NCBI GenBank assembly: GCA_963707445.1
Contig: CAVPPW010000003.1
Coordinates: 8,673-72,672, forward strand
Direction of reading: 5' to 3'
Source: an uncultured beta proteobacterium
Lineage (GTDB): Bacteria > Pseudomonadota > Gammaproteobacteria > Burkholderiales > Burkholderiaceae_F
Length of the DNA stretch: 64,000 nucleotides
The translations under genes and the position numbers were made by a program. Each line of letters begins with the position of its first letter. Position 1 is the first letter of the stretch. Of the stretch, positions 29,230-37,941 are shown piece after piece. The notes under the pieces are model-generated. The model searched no databases. It was given only the letters and a program-made list of their open reading frames with translations, and had not been told where the DNA came from.

Positions 29230-29360
29230 GAATGATCCGCCGGCAAATAGCACGCCGAGCCGCCGCAAAGGTGACAGAGATTCTGCTCCACCCGAGAGCG
29301 AGGGGCGACGCAGCGAGGTGCGATGCGTCGGCCGGTAGCCCGCGCCTGGGACGCGAGTAC

Positions 29361-30389
29361 TTACGCCTTCGGAGGCGGCTCCTGGTGGCCGCCGAACGCG
29401 TGCCGCATCGCCGACAGCAAGCGGTTCTGTAAGTCCGCGCCGCCACGTGATGCGAAACGCGCGTAAAGCGCGGCAGTCAGCACCGGTGCCGGAACCGACG
29501 TGTCGACCGCCGCCTGCACGGTCCAGCGCCCTTCTCCGGAATCAGCGACACGGCCGGCGTAGCTCGAGAGATGCGGGTCGTCGGCGAGCGCCGTCGCGGT
29601 CAGGTCGAGCAGCCACGACGAGATGACACTTCCGCGCCGCCACAGCTCGGCGATCGCCAGCAGGTCGAAGTCATACCGGTAGTACTCCGGATTGCGCATC
29701 TGCGCGGTGACCGCGTCGTGCGCGTGCGCCTTCCCGTCCACGTGGTCGCCCGCATCAGCGGCAGCAAGGATCGCCATGCCTTCGGCGTACGCAGCCATCA
29801 TTCCGTACTCGATGCCGTTGTGGATCATCTTGACGAAGTGCCCAGCTCCGCTCGGGCCGCAATGCAGATAGCCTCGCGCGGCGGTGCCCGCATCGCCAGC
29901 ACCGCCGATCGGAGCGATGCCGGCCTCGGCCGGCGCGAGGCACGCGAAGATCGGCTCGAGGCGGCGGATTGGTCGCGCATCCCCGCCGATCATCAGGCAG
30001 TAGCCGCGTTCGAGACCCCAGACGCCGCCGCTGGTGCCAACGTCGACGTAGTCGATGCCGCGCGCCTCCAGTTCTGCGTGACGGCGCAAGTCGTCAACGT
30101 AGTGCGAGTTGCCGCCGTCGACGATCGTGTCGCCGCGATCGAGCAGCGGTGCGAGCGCGTCGATCGTTGCATCGACGGCTGCGGCCGGGACCATCAACCA
30201 CACGGCACGCGGCGGCGGCATCTGCGCGACGAGCGCGGCGAGCGACGCCGCGGCGACTGCGCCTTCAGCGACCAGCGGCTCGAGTTCGGCCGGGGACGGC
30301 GAATGCACCACGCACGCGTGGCCGCCACGCAGCAGACGGCGCACCATGTTCGCGCCCATGCGGCCGGCGCCGATCATTCCGAGTTGCAT
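29361..30389 (-). CDS. gnd: 6-phosphogluconate dehydrogenase, decarboxylating (short GntZ/YqeC-like form)
   Basis: ATG at 30389 follows GAGGAG. Supporting text: MQLGMIGAGRMGANMVRRL...GHFVKMIHNGIEYGMMAAYAEG...DSGEGRWTV. Confidence 0.9.
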   Translation of the reverse strand: MQLGMIGAGRMGANMVRRLLRGGHACVVHSPSPAELEPLVAEGAVAAASLAALVAQMPPPRAVWLMVPAAAVDATIDALAPLLDRGDTIVDGGNSHYVDDLRRHAELEARGIDYVDVGTSGGVWGLERGYCLMIGGDARPIRRLEPIFACLAPAEAGIAPIGGAGDAGTAARGYLHCGPSGAGHFVKMIHNGIEYGMMAAYAEGMAILAAADAGDHVDGKAHAHDAVTAQMRNPEYYRYDFDLLAIAELWRRGSVISSWLLDLTATALADDPHLSSYAGRVADSGEGRWTVQAAVDTSVPAPVLTAALYARFASRGGADLQNRLLSAMRHAFGGHQEPPPKA

Positions 30390-30513
30390 TGACACTCCTC
30401 GATTGCGCACGGGCGCAAACCCATGCAGGCTAACGCTATCCGACGAACGAGAACAAGTCGTACGCGGCCCCCGAAATCGGGGCGGCGCGTACGTCACCAC
30501 ACACAGCGCTCCG

Positions 30514-31020
30514 ATGATCGAACATCCGGTGGTCGTGATGGGCGTGGCCGGCTGCGGCAAGTCGAGCCTCGGCGTCGCGATCGCCGAGGCCGAGGGCGCG
30601 CAGCTGATCGAAGGCGATGCGTATCACAGCGACGCCAACCGCGAGAAGATGCGGCGAGGGATTCCGCTGACCGACGCCGACCGCGCCGGCTGGCTCGACA
30701 CATTGGCTGGCGAACTGCGCGCGCGGGGCGCCAATACGGTTCTGACCTGCTCCGCGCTGAAGCGCGCCTACCGCGATCGCCTGCGAGCCGTCGTGCCGGA
30801 ACTGCGTTTCGTGTTCATGGAGATCGACCCCGCGTCGGCGCGGGCGCGCGTAGAAGCCCGCGACGCGCACTTCTTTTCGCCTTCGCTCGTGACGAGTCAG
30901 TTCGCGGCGCTTGAATCGCCAGTCGCAGAGCCGGGCGTGTTGCGGGTCGATGCGCTTGCGCCGCTGGCGCAACTGCAAGCAGAGGTCAGTGCCTGGCTGC
31001 ACAGCGGGGGGCGACCGTAA
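30514..31020 (+). CDS. gntK: Gluconokinase
   Basis: Supporting text: MIEHPVVVMGVAGCGKSSLGVAIAEAEGAQLIEGDAYHSDANREKMRRGIPLTDADRAGWL...TCSALKRAYRDRL. It is divergent from gnd. Confidence 0.88.
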   Translation: MIEHPVVVMGVAGCGKSSLGVAIAEAEGAQLIEGDAYHSDANREKMRRGIPLTDADRAGWLDTLAGELRARGANTVLTCSALKRAYRDRLRAVVPELRFVFMEIDPASARARVEARDAHFFSPSLVTSQFAALESPVAEPGVLRVDALAPLAQLQAEVSAWLHSGGRP

Positions 31021-31127
31021 GGCTTCCGGTACGTCCGCACCGGTACCGCGCGGCCTGGGTGGACGGGCTCGGCCTCGCGCGGCCCGAGCCGCTTCTTGCA
31101 CGCGGATGAATCGACAACGCGCGGGTC

Positions 31128-31961
31128 TCAGCGGCTCGCGAACAAGGCGTTCAGCTCTGCGCCCGACGCTGCACCTTGAAAGCCGTCAAACGTTCCCTGT
31201 TCGGCAAGGAGCTTGGCGGCGCGCATGAATCCTCCCCACGCGGTGCGCGCGAGCGTGCCGCCGACGCTGATGCGCCGCACGCCGAGCGCCGCGATGTCCG
31301 ACACGGTCAACTCGGCCGGCCATCCAACGAGCAGGTTCACCGGCTTCGGCGCGACGGCGGCGACGACCGCGGCGATCTGTTCGCGGGTGCGGATGCCGGG
31401 CGCGTAGAGGCAATCTGCGCCCGCCTGCGAATACGCCTTCAGCCGCGCGATCGTTTCGTCGAGATCGGGACGGCCCGCGATGAAACCTTCGGAGCGGCCG
31501 ACCAGCAGCGTGTCGCCGCCCGCCTGGTCGATCGCCCGGCGCGCCGCGCGCATCCGCTCGACGGCAACCTCCAGGTCGTACAGCGGACGTGCCGGGTCGC
31601 CGGTCGAGTCTTCGATCGACAGTCCCGCGACTCCGGCGTCGATCGCGAGCCGCACGCTTTCCGCGACGCCGGCCGCATCGGCCGCGAAACCGCTCTCGAA
31701 GTCGGCGTTCACGGGAACGTCGGTCGCCGCAACTATCTCCTGCAGGTGCGAGATCACCATGTCGCGCGTCACACCGTTGTCCGAACGACCTTGCGACCAG
31801 GCGAAGCCAGCGCTCGTGGTGGCGAGCGCCTTGAAGCCGAGGCTCTGCAGAAACCGCGCGCTGCCCACATCCCACGGATTCGGAATGACGAAGCAGCCGC
31901 TCTCATGCAGGCGCTGAAAGGTGCGCCGCTTGTCTGCGACGCTCGGACGGGGTTCGGCCAT
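31128..31961 (-). CDS. Isocitrate lyase / PEP mutase superfamily protein (2-methylisocitrate-lyase-like)
   Basis: An intact 277-aa ORF. Supporting text: FVIPNPWDVGSARFLQSLGFKALATTSAGFAWSQG...GLSIEDS...GADCLYAPG. Confidence 0.88.
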   Translation of the reverse strand: MAEPRPSVADKRRTFQRLHESGCFVIPNPWDVGSARFLQSLGFKALATTSAGFAWSQGRSDNGVTRDMVISHLQEIVAATDVPVNADFESGFAADAAGVAESVRLAIDAGVAGLSIEDSTGDPARPLYDLEVAVERMRAARRAIDQAGGDTLLVGRSEGFIAGRPDLDETIARLKAYSQAGADCLYAPGIRTREQIAAVVAAVAPKPVNLLVGWPAELTVSDIAALGVRRISVGGTLARTAWGGFMRAAKLLAEQGTFDGFQGAASGAELNALFASR

Positions 31962-31964
31962 ATC

Positions 31965-31990
31965 GAGTCTCCTTCGGGAGACTCGTTTTA
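31965..31990 (-). promoter_or_regulatory. Perfect 8-bp hairpin that sequesters the Shine-Dalgarno of the PEP-mutase-family gene; read on the other strand it is a UUCG-loop terminator
   Basis: The plus strand reads GAGTCTCC-TTCG-GGAGACTC-GTTTTA. In the minus-strand mRNA, the GGAGA of the 3' arm lies 6 nt before the ATG (31961). Confidence 0.5.
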
Positions 31991-32107
31991 CCCCCCGAAA
32001 CGCGGGCGCGGGTAACGCTCTGCATGTTCCGGGATTACAACTGCAACGGAATGACAGGAAGATGCGACGCGTGGCCCGGCTCGGCGGCCGGCTCCGGCGG
32101 TCGCGCC

Positions 32108-32752
32108 TCAGAGCGCGTACGGACTTTGGCGCTCGAGTTCCTGCACGCTGACGGTGAGCTGCTGTGAGCGCTGCATCAGGTAATCGATGCGGGCGACCAG
32201 TTCGGTCCGTTCCTGCGTCAGCCGCACCAGCTCACCCGCCAGAAAGGCGCGTCGATCGGTCGGCACCTTGGGCAGCACCAGTTCGGCGGTGACGCTCACC
32301 ATCGCTGCATCGGTCTGTGCCAGTCCGTCGCGCGCACTGTGCAGTCGCGCCTGCGTGTTGCGCAGCTCGCTCCGCGCGTCATGGATCTGCCGGCCATAGC
32401 GATAGCTGTCGACGAACGCGGTTTCGATCGCGCCCGAACACACGTTGGCATAGCCGGCGCCATACAGGCCGGCGCGGAAGCCGTTCTTCGGCTGGCAGTA
32501 CTCGGCGAGGCCACGCTCGCGGCCTTGGGTATAGGCGGCGAGATTCGGGGTGACCTGGTACTTGGCGCAGGCGACCCGATGCACACCGATCCGGTCAGCC
32601 GGGAATCCGTGCAGGCCGTCTTCGTAGCCGATCATGTTCCAGTCGGCTACCGCGCACTGGTCCTTGCCCATGCCGCTCGAGCAGCCGGCCATCTGCGACG
32701 CAGCGAGCAGGCCGGCGACGCAGACGAGGACGTAGGCGACGAAGTGCGTTCA
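32108..32752 (-). pseudogene. DUF2799-like lipoprotein; the signal peptide is separated from its start codon by a frame break
   Basis: ORF 32108-32692 begins MAGCSSGMGKDQCAVADWNMIGYEDG. Upstream, the same frame encodes FVAYVLVCVAGLLAASQ-MAGC (a lipobox), but the only ATG (32752) is in another frame. A 1-nt indel near 32740 would explain this. Confidence 0.75.
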
Positions 32753-33077
32753 TAGCACTGATAATTCTCGGCAACTTCCGTCGCGGTCAAAGCGCGAAAT
32801 TGCCACCGGAAATCATCCGAACGCCACCGGTCAGATACCTACAGCCGATCTTGCGATGGCCGAGCCGTCGGATCGAATCCGGTGAGTGAATGTCTCGCGC
32901 ACTCGATCTCGCCATTGCGAGGGGCTGCGGCGCGACTTTGGCGCCATACCGATCGACCGCTGAAAACGTCGATCCCAGTCGCCATCAGTCCGCTAAGCTG
33001 GATTACGCGTCGCGGCCGTCCTGCATGGTGCCGCCGCGCCGTTGTCGTTTTTCTCGTTTCGATTCCCGGGAGGGCCC

Positions 33078-33455
33078 GTGACCCCAACTTCCCCTCATCC
33101 CTACGCGACCCACCTCGACATCAAATTTCCGGCGCTATCGGTCGTTGATGTTCCTCGCCTGGTGAAGGACTGCACCGACCAGTGGTACAACCAGACGCTG
33201 TGCAGAGTTAACGAAGCGGTGGTTCGCCTCGGTGTCCTGCAAGGCGAGTATCACTGGCACAAGCACGACCATGACGATGAGTTTTTCTTCGTCCTGGACG
33301 GTCACTTCATCATTGATCTCGAGGACAGGTCGGTCGATCTTCAGGCGCGCGAAGGCTTCGTCGTGCCGAAAGGCGTCGTTCACCGCACTCGCGCGCCCGA
33401 CCGCGCGGTCATCTTGATGGTCGAAACCGCTGCGATCGTTCCGGAAGGGGACTGA
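33078..33455 (+). CDS. Cupin-domain protein
   Basis: GTG at 33078 follows GGGAGG. Supporting text: GEYHWHKHDHDDEFFFVLDGHFIIDLEDRSVDLQAREGFVVPKGVVHRTRA. Confidence 0.75.
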   Translation: MTPTSPHPYATHLDIKFPALSVVDVPRLVKDCTDQWYNQTLCRVNEAVVRLGVLQGEYHWHKHDHDDEFFFVLDGHFIIDLEDRSVDLQAREGFVVPKGVVHRTRAPDRAVILMVETAAIVPEGD

Positions 33456-33557
33456 GAGACCGATGGTCGTACGCTGACGGCTCAGTTGTCACGAAGAGCA
33501 CCGGCGCTCGAATCGCTGACCTCCGCCAACGAGTCAAGCATTTCGATCGCGAGTTCG

Positions 33558-33979
33558 TCAGTGCCGCTCGGCGCTCTTCGGTTCGGCGGTCGCTTCTTCC
33601 GTGACTGTGATCGAATCGACCTTGTTCGGGTAAAAGGCGAGGCAGTCCTTGATCACGCCGACTTCGTCATAGGGCGTCTCGTACGACCAGACCGCGTTGT
33701 CGACCGTGCGGCCGCGGGACGACAGCGTGAAATACGAGGCGTGCCCCTTGAACGGGCAATAAGTTCGATGGGTCGTCGGTATCAGCCGCTCCATCTTCGC
33801 GTCTTTGCGGGGCACGTAATAGACGGCGGGATAGTCGCTTTCCTCGAGGCGGATCGCGTCGCGGGTGTCGGCGATGACTTCGCCGTTGAAGGTCACCCGG
33901 ACATGTTCGCCTGGTGCCGGCTCGTGGCAATGCGATGGTCAGGATGCTTCTTGTATCCGGGGCCACTGTTAGCGCTCAT
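33558..33979 (-). pseudogene. DUF427-domain protein with one frame break
   Basis: The N-terminus (MSANSGPGYKKHPDHRIAT) from ATG 33979 joins ORF 33558-33896 (EPAPGEHVRVTFNGEVIADTRDAIRLEESDYPAVYYVP) near 33915. The length of 422 nt is not a multiple of 3. Confidence 0.8.
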
Positions 33980-34131
33980 CGATGAACTCCTGAGGCTGGC
34001 AACTGAGCCGTCACACACGCGAAGGGCAGGAACCGTGCGCGGCGAAAACTATCCCTGCTGGCAGTGCGCCTCCAGCAATGGATGCATCCGGCATGTCGCG
34101 ATGCGTCATGATGTACGGGATCGGAGGTTCA

Positions 34132-34572
34132 ATGCTTCGGCCAAACCAGACTGCAAGGTACAAGGAGGGCGGCCGCCGGCCGGTTGATATGCGCGGGCTA
34201 TGTTCGTTGATTCTCGTGTTCGTCCTGAACGCAGCCTTCGCGCAGACTCAGATATCGCCGATGGCGTTGGTCGGAAGGTGGTCGGCTTCGGCAATTGATC
34301 CAAGCGGAGCCACCATGGTGACCCACGTGGTCTTTACGCAGAACATGCATTTCTTTGCATCCTCGACCGTCGATGGCAAGACGTTCCTCGATTTTGACGG
34401 CACTTGGTCGGTGTCCGGGAACACGCTTGCTTGGCGCTATAGGACGAGTTCCGGGTCGACGCCTGTGCCGGAAACCACGGACACGGATGAAATCGTCTCC
34501 ATTGATGCATCCAAGCTCGTACTGCGATCAAGTCTGTCCGGAAAACAGCAGGAATACATACGGGCTCGGTAA
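34132..34572 (+). CDS. Exported lipocalin-like hypothetical protein
   Basis: The signal peptide is MRGLCSLILVFVLNAAFAQ. Supporting text: LVGRWSASAIDPSG...FDGTWSVSGNTLAWRY. The start is at 34132 (GGAGG upstream) or 34189. Confidence 0.55.
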   Translation: MLRPNQTARYKEGGRRPVDMRGLCSLILVFVLNAAFAQTQISPMALVGRWSASAIDPSGATMVTHVVFTQNMHFFASSTVDGKTFLDFDGTWSVSGNTLAWRYRTSSGSTPVPETTDTDEIVSIDASKLVLRSSLSGKQQEYIRAR

Positions 34573-34709
34573 GGCGCTCGACTACCTCGCGCGCGAGTAC
34601 GTTAAGTCGTAGCGGCGCCGCGCTACCGAGACGGCCTGGACTCGGTAATCCGTCACCGGTGCTGCGGCGCGCCAACCGGCCAACCGACGGTGTGCCAGGA
34701 CCGTGGCGA

Positions 34710-35045
34710 TCAGGGATTGTCGCTTGCGATCCGCTGAATTTCCGCCGCCTTATTCTGCTGCCACCACGTCAGCAGCGCCTCGAAGTCGCCGCCAAATTTG
34801 CGCTGCTTCACTGCTTCGTAGACGGCAGCACAGGTCGCGATGTCGGCGTTTGCGCGCGTGGTCGCCGCGTACTCGCAAACCCAGAAGGCTCGCTCGAGAT
34901 CGGCCGTCCTTACGCTCGTGAGCTGCTGAACCGGCGCCTGTACGGCTGCCCTTGAACCGTCCTGTCCAAGGGCGCTGCCCACGAGGAGGGCGGCGAGCGC
35001 GGCGATGCAGAAAGAAGTCCCGTATTTGCTTTCGCGCTTGAACAT
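34710..35045 (-). CDS. Small exported hypothetical protein (111 aa)
   Basis: ATG at 35045 has AAGGAGA 6 nt upstream. The signal peptide is TSFCIAALAALLVGSALG. The rest of the 375-aa ORF upstream is Arg-rich non-coding-looking text. Confidence 0.55.
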   Translation of the reverse strand: MFKRESKYGTSFCIAALAALLVGSALGQDGSRAAVQAPVQQLTSVRTADLERAFWVCEYAATTRANADIATCAAVYEAVKQRKFGGDFEALLTWWQQNKAAEIQRIASDNP

Positions 35046-35204
35046 GGTGGTTCTCCTTCGGGTGGAATCGACTGACGACGAAAGCAGTGTGCGGAGTTCG
35101 TCACGCCGCGACCATCCGACCGAGGTCCCGTTCCGCCCGAGTCCACGAGACCAAGGTCCCGGGACCGAGGTACCGTTGCGCGCGAGCGGGCGTAGATTGC
35201 GCAC

Positions 35205-35700
35205 ATGAAACGCCGCCCGATCGCGACGCGCTACGCTGCGCTGATCGTCGCCCTGCTTGCCGCAGCGCTGATCGCGAGCGGAACGCTCAAGGGCTGGGTC
35301 TCGAATCGTGACCGGATGGCGGCGCTCGAATTGCTGCAGAGGGAAAAGGCTCAGGCGGCCGCCGCGGAAGTCTCGCGCTGTGTCGCGGACTTGCCGCGCA
35401 GTCTCGAATGGGTCACTGTGGGCGCGCCCGCCGGCGCCGATGAGTTCGAGTTGCGGCGCCTGAAATTTCTCAGGCTGCCTGCGCCAGGAGCCGGTGATCA
35501 CGACCGCGACGCTGGTCGATGCCGCGGGGCGCGAGCAGTTGCACGTTTCGCGCATCACGCCGGACCGCATCGCGAGCGGCGTCGATCTCTTCATCGCAGC
35601 GCACGGCGGCCGCACGGACCTCGGCAACGTGTACTTCGTCGCGGAGACCGAACCGTACTTGACGATCGCCGTGCCGAGCGCTGCGCGCGATGGTTCGGTG
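35205..35700 (+). pseudogene. Truncated paralogue of the sensor N-terminus of the hybrid kinase at 37942
   Basis: MKRRPIATRYAALIVALLAAALIASG...LQREKAQAAAAEVSR aligns with MRRRPIATRYAVLVAALLTIALVVSG...LQREKAQAAADAVSR. After a frame break near 35480, ITTATLVDAAGREQLHVSRI...VYFVAETEPYLTIAVPSAARDGSV aligns with the same region of the full gene. Similarity ends near 35700. Confidence 0.7.
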
Positions 35701-35743
35701 AGAATCCTGCGCCATCTTCGCGTGAATTGCGGCGCGGACCGTC

Positions 35744-35850
35744 GTCTATGACAGGTCGATGCCACGCCCTGCCCGCAGGCACTGATCTCACGTGCAGTGA
35801 GGCGCGCACCATCGTGTATGACAGGTGTCGACGGCACGACCTGCCGCAGG
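35744..35850 (+). repeat. Two imperfect ~37-bp direct repeats 70 bp apart, just upstream of the first receptor gene
   Basis: 35744-35779 reads GTCTATGACAGGTCGATGCCACGCCCTGCCCGCAGG. 35814-35850 reads GTGTATGACAGGTGTCGACGGCACGACCTGCCGCAGG. Each ends in a CCTGC..GCAGG dyad. Confidence 0.6.
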
Positions 35851-35876
35851 TGGCATTGCGCTGATTGGAGGCATGA

Positions 35877-36854
35877 ATGCAGCGACTCCGACTTGCGCTA
35901 ATCGCTGTCCTTGGCCTTTGTCTGCTGCGCCCCATTCCTGCGGCGGAAGCACAGCCCGTAGCGAAGGTCCACCGTATCGCCGTACTCGGCAACCAGGACA
36001 ATCCGCCATGGGAGGGATTTCGGCGCGGACTGCGGGAGCTAGGCTATTTCGAAGGCCGCAACATCACGGTCGATTGGCGATGGTCGCAGGGCTTTCCGGA
36101 TCGTCTGCCCACGCTCGCGCGCGAACTGGTTGCCCTCAAACCCGATGTCCTCGTCGTCTCCGGCTCGCAGGCGGCTCTGGCAGCCAAATCTGCGACAGGG
36201 ACGCTTCCGATCGTGGCCGCTCTGACGCAGCATCCGGAACGACTCGGCCTGGTGTCGAGTCTGGCGCGACCAGGAAGCAACGTCACCGGGCTTAGCACGT
36301 ATTCTCCGCAGCTCTCGGCAAAGAAGCTCGAACTCCTGAAGGAGGTCGTTCCCAACATTTACCGGGTAGCCGTCATCTGGAATCCAGCCAGTGAGTCTGA
36401 GCGGCTGCAGTTCCGGGACGTGACGGACGCTGCGGCAGCAGTCGGCGTGACGATCCAATCGATCGAGGTGCAGAGCCCTGATGAACTTCCGCGTGCCTTT
36501 TCAGAAATCCGTTCCAGCCGTGCCCAGGCCTTGATGGCTATCGGCAATCCGATCAACTTCAAGGGCCGAGAGCAACTTGCAGAGTTCGCTCTGAAGCATC
36601 GACTACCGAGCATCTTCGAAGAGGGACTCTTTGTCGAAGCCGGTGGGCTGATGTCGTACGGGCCGAGTTTCATCGACATGTTCCGCCGCGCCGCGACCTA
36701 CGTCGACAAGATCTTGAAGGGTGCGACGCCGGCAGAGCTGCCCATCGAGCAGCCGACCCGATTCGAGTTGGTCATCAACCGCAATACCGCAACTGACCTC
36801 GGACTCCGCATCTCGCCCTCGGTTTTGTTGCGCGCCGATCGCGTGATCGACTAA
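35877..36854 (+). CDS. PF04392-type ('ABC transporter substrate-binding') periplasmic receptor, Sec signal
   Basis: ATG at 35877 has GGAGG 5 nt upstream. Supporting text: HRIAVLGNQDNPPWEGFRRGLRELGY...GLMSYGPSFIDMFRRAATYVDKILKGATPAELPIEQPTRFELVIN. Confidence 0.88.
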   Translation: MQRLRLALIAVLGLCLLRPIPAAEAQPVAKVHRIAVLGNQDNPPWEGFRRGLRELGYFEGRNITVDWRWSQGFPDRLPTLARELVALKPDVLVVSGSQAALAAKSATGTLPIVAALTQHPERLGLVSSLARPGSNVTGLSTYSPQLSAKKLELLKEVVPNIYRVAVIWNPASESERLQFRDVTDAAAAVGVTIQSIEVQSPDELPRAFSEIRSSRAQALMAIGNPINFKGREQLAEFALKHRLPSIFEEGLFVEAGGLMSYGPSFIDMFRRAATYVDKILKGATPAELPIEQPTRFELVINRNTATDLGLRISPSVLLRADRVID

Positions 36855-37850
36855 ATGCGCCTGACCCGACGCAACTTCAGCCGGATTGCGGCAGTTGCCT
36901 GCCTCGGCAGTCTCGCTTCTTTGCCGCTGGCAGCACGCGGCCAGTCGGGAGGCAGGGTCTACCGAGTCGGAATCCTCGGCAACCAGGACAGTCCGCCGTG
37001 GGAAGGGTTTCGCCAGGCGCTGCACAAACTGGGTTATATCGACGGGCGCAATCTGCTCATCGAAGCGCGCTGGTCGGACGGATTCACGGAGCGGCTTCCT
37101 GCGCTCGCGGTCGAGCTGGTTCAGCAAAACGTCGACGTTATTGTCGCGTCCGGTAATCAGGCCACGATGGCTGCCAAGAACGCATCCAACACGATCCCGA
37201 TCGTGATGGCGGTGTCCGGATATCCCGACGAGTTGGGTCTGGTGCAAAGTCTCGCCCGACCGGGCGGTAACGTGACCGGACTGAGTAACTTTGCTGCTCA
37301 GCTGCAGGGCAAGCGGTTCGAATTGTTGAGGGAAACCGCGCCGCAAGTGTCGCGCATCGCATGGTTCCGAAGCGCGACCAATCCGTTCGAGTCCTCCCTT
37401 GCGGAGAATCCAAACCTCGTGGCGATAGCAGAGGCTCTCGGAGTGACGTACCGCTTCGTCGAAGTCCGCAGCCCAGGCGACTTCCCGGCAGCCTTCGCTG
37501 CCGCAGTGGCAGGCAAAGCCGACGCGGTGATGGCATTTGGCAATCCGGTCACGTTTGCTGGCCGACGCTTGATCGCAGAGTTCGCGCTGAACCATCGGCT
37601 TCCGAGTATCTTCGAAGAACAGCTCTTCGTCGAAGCCGGTGGGCTAATGTCGTACGGACCAAGTTTCATCGATATGTTCCGCCGCGCCGCGATCTATGTT
37701 GACAGGATCTTCAAGGGTGCGAAACCGGCCGATCTTCCGATCGAGCAACCCACCAGTTTTGAGCTGATCATCAACTTGAAGACCGCAAGAGCTCTCGGCT
37801 TGGCGATTCCGCCAGCCGTATTGCTGCGAGCCGACAACGTGATCCGCTGA
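36855..37850 (+). CDS. PF04392-type periplasmic receptor, paralogue, Tat-like signal
   Basis: The start abuts the previous stop (TAAATG). MRLTRRNFSRIAAVACLGSLASLPLAARG contains a twin-arginine motif. The rest is collinear with the 35877 gene. Confidence 0.88.
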   Translation: MRLTRRNFSRIAAVACLGSLASLPLAARGQSGGRVYRVGILGNQDSPPWEGFRQALHKLGYIDGRNLLIEARWSDGFTERLPALAVELVQQNVDVIVASGNQATMAAKNASNTIPIVMAVSGYPDELGLVQSLARPGGNVTGLSNFAAQLQGKRFELLRETAPQVSRIAWFRSATNPFESSLAENPNLVAIAEALGVTYRFVEVRSPGDFPAAFAAAVAGKADAVMAFGNPVTFAGRRLIAEFALNHRLPSIFEEQLFVEAGGLMSYGPSFIDMFRRAAIYVDRIFKGAKPADLPIEQPTSFELIINLKTARALGLAIPPAVLLRADNVIR

Positions 37851-37941
37851 AACGGCCTCGGCCACGCACTAGCACCCGCTGCCATCCCTGCCAGGCCATA
37901 GGTCCCGTTGCGCCGGGTAACGCCCGGCGTAAATTGATGTC

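Noticed and set aside
35176-35198. A possible sigma-70 promoter (TTGCGC ... TAGATT) giving a leaderless kinase mRNA, mirrored at 37908-37935 (TTGCGC-N16-TAAATT).
   Set aside because: The spacer is 16 nt at the second locus but only 11 nt at the first. The promoter reading is therefore not consistent between the two homologous regions, and I report only the sequence conservation.
34710-35837. A 375-aa minus-strand ORF.
   Set aside because: Only the last 111 codons have an RBS, a signal peptide and protein-like composition. The upstream part is Arg-rich and overlaps the kinase fragment on the other strand.
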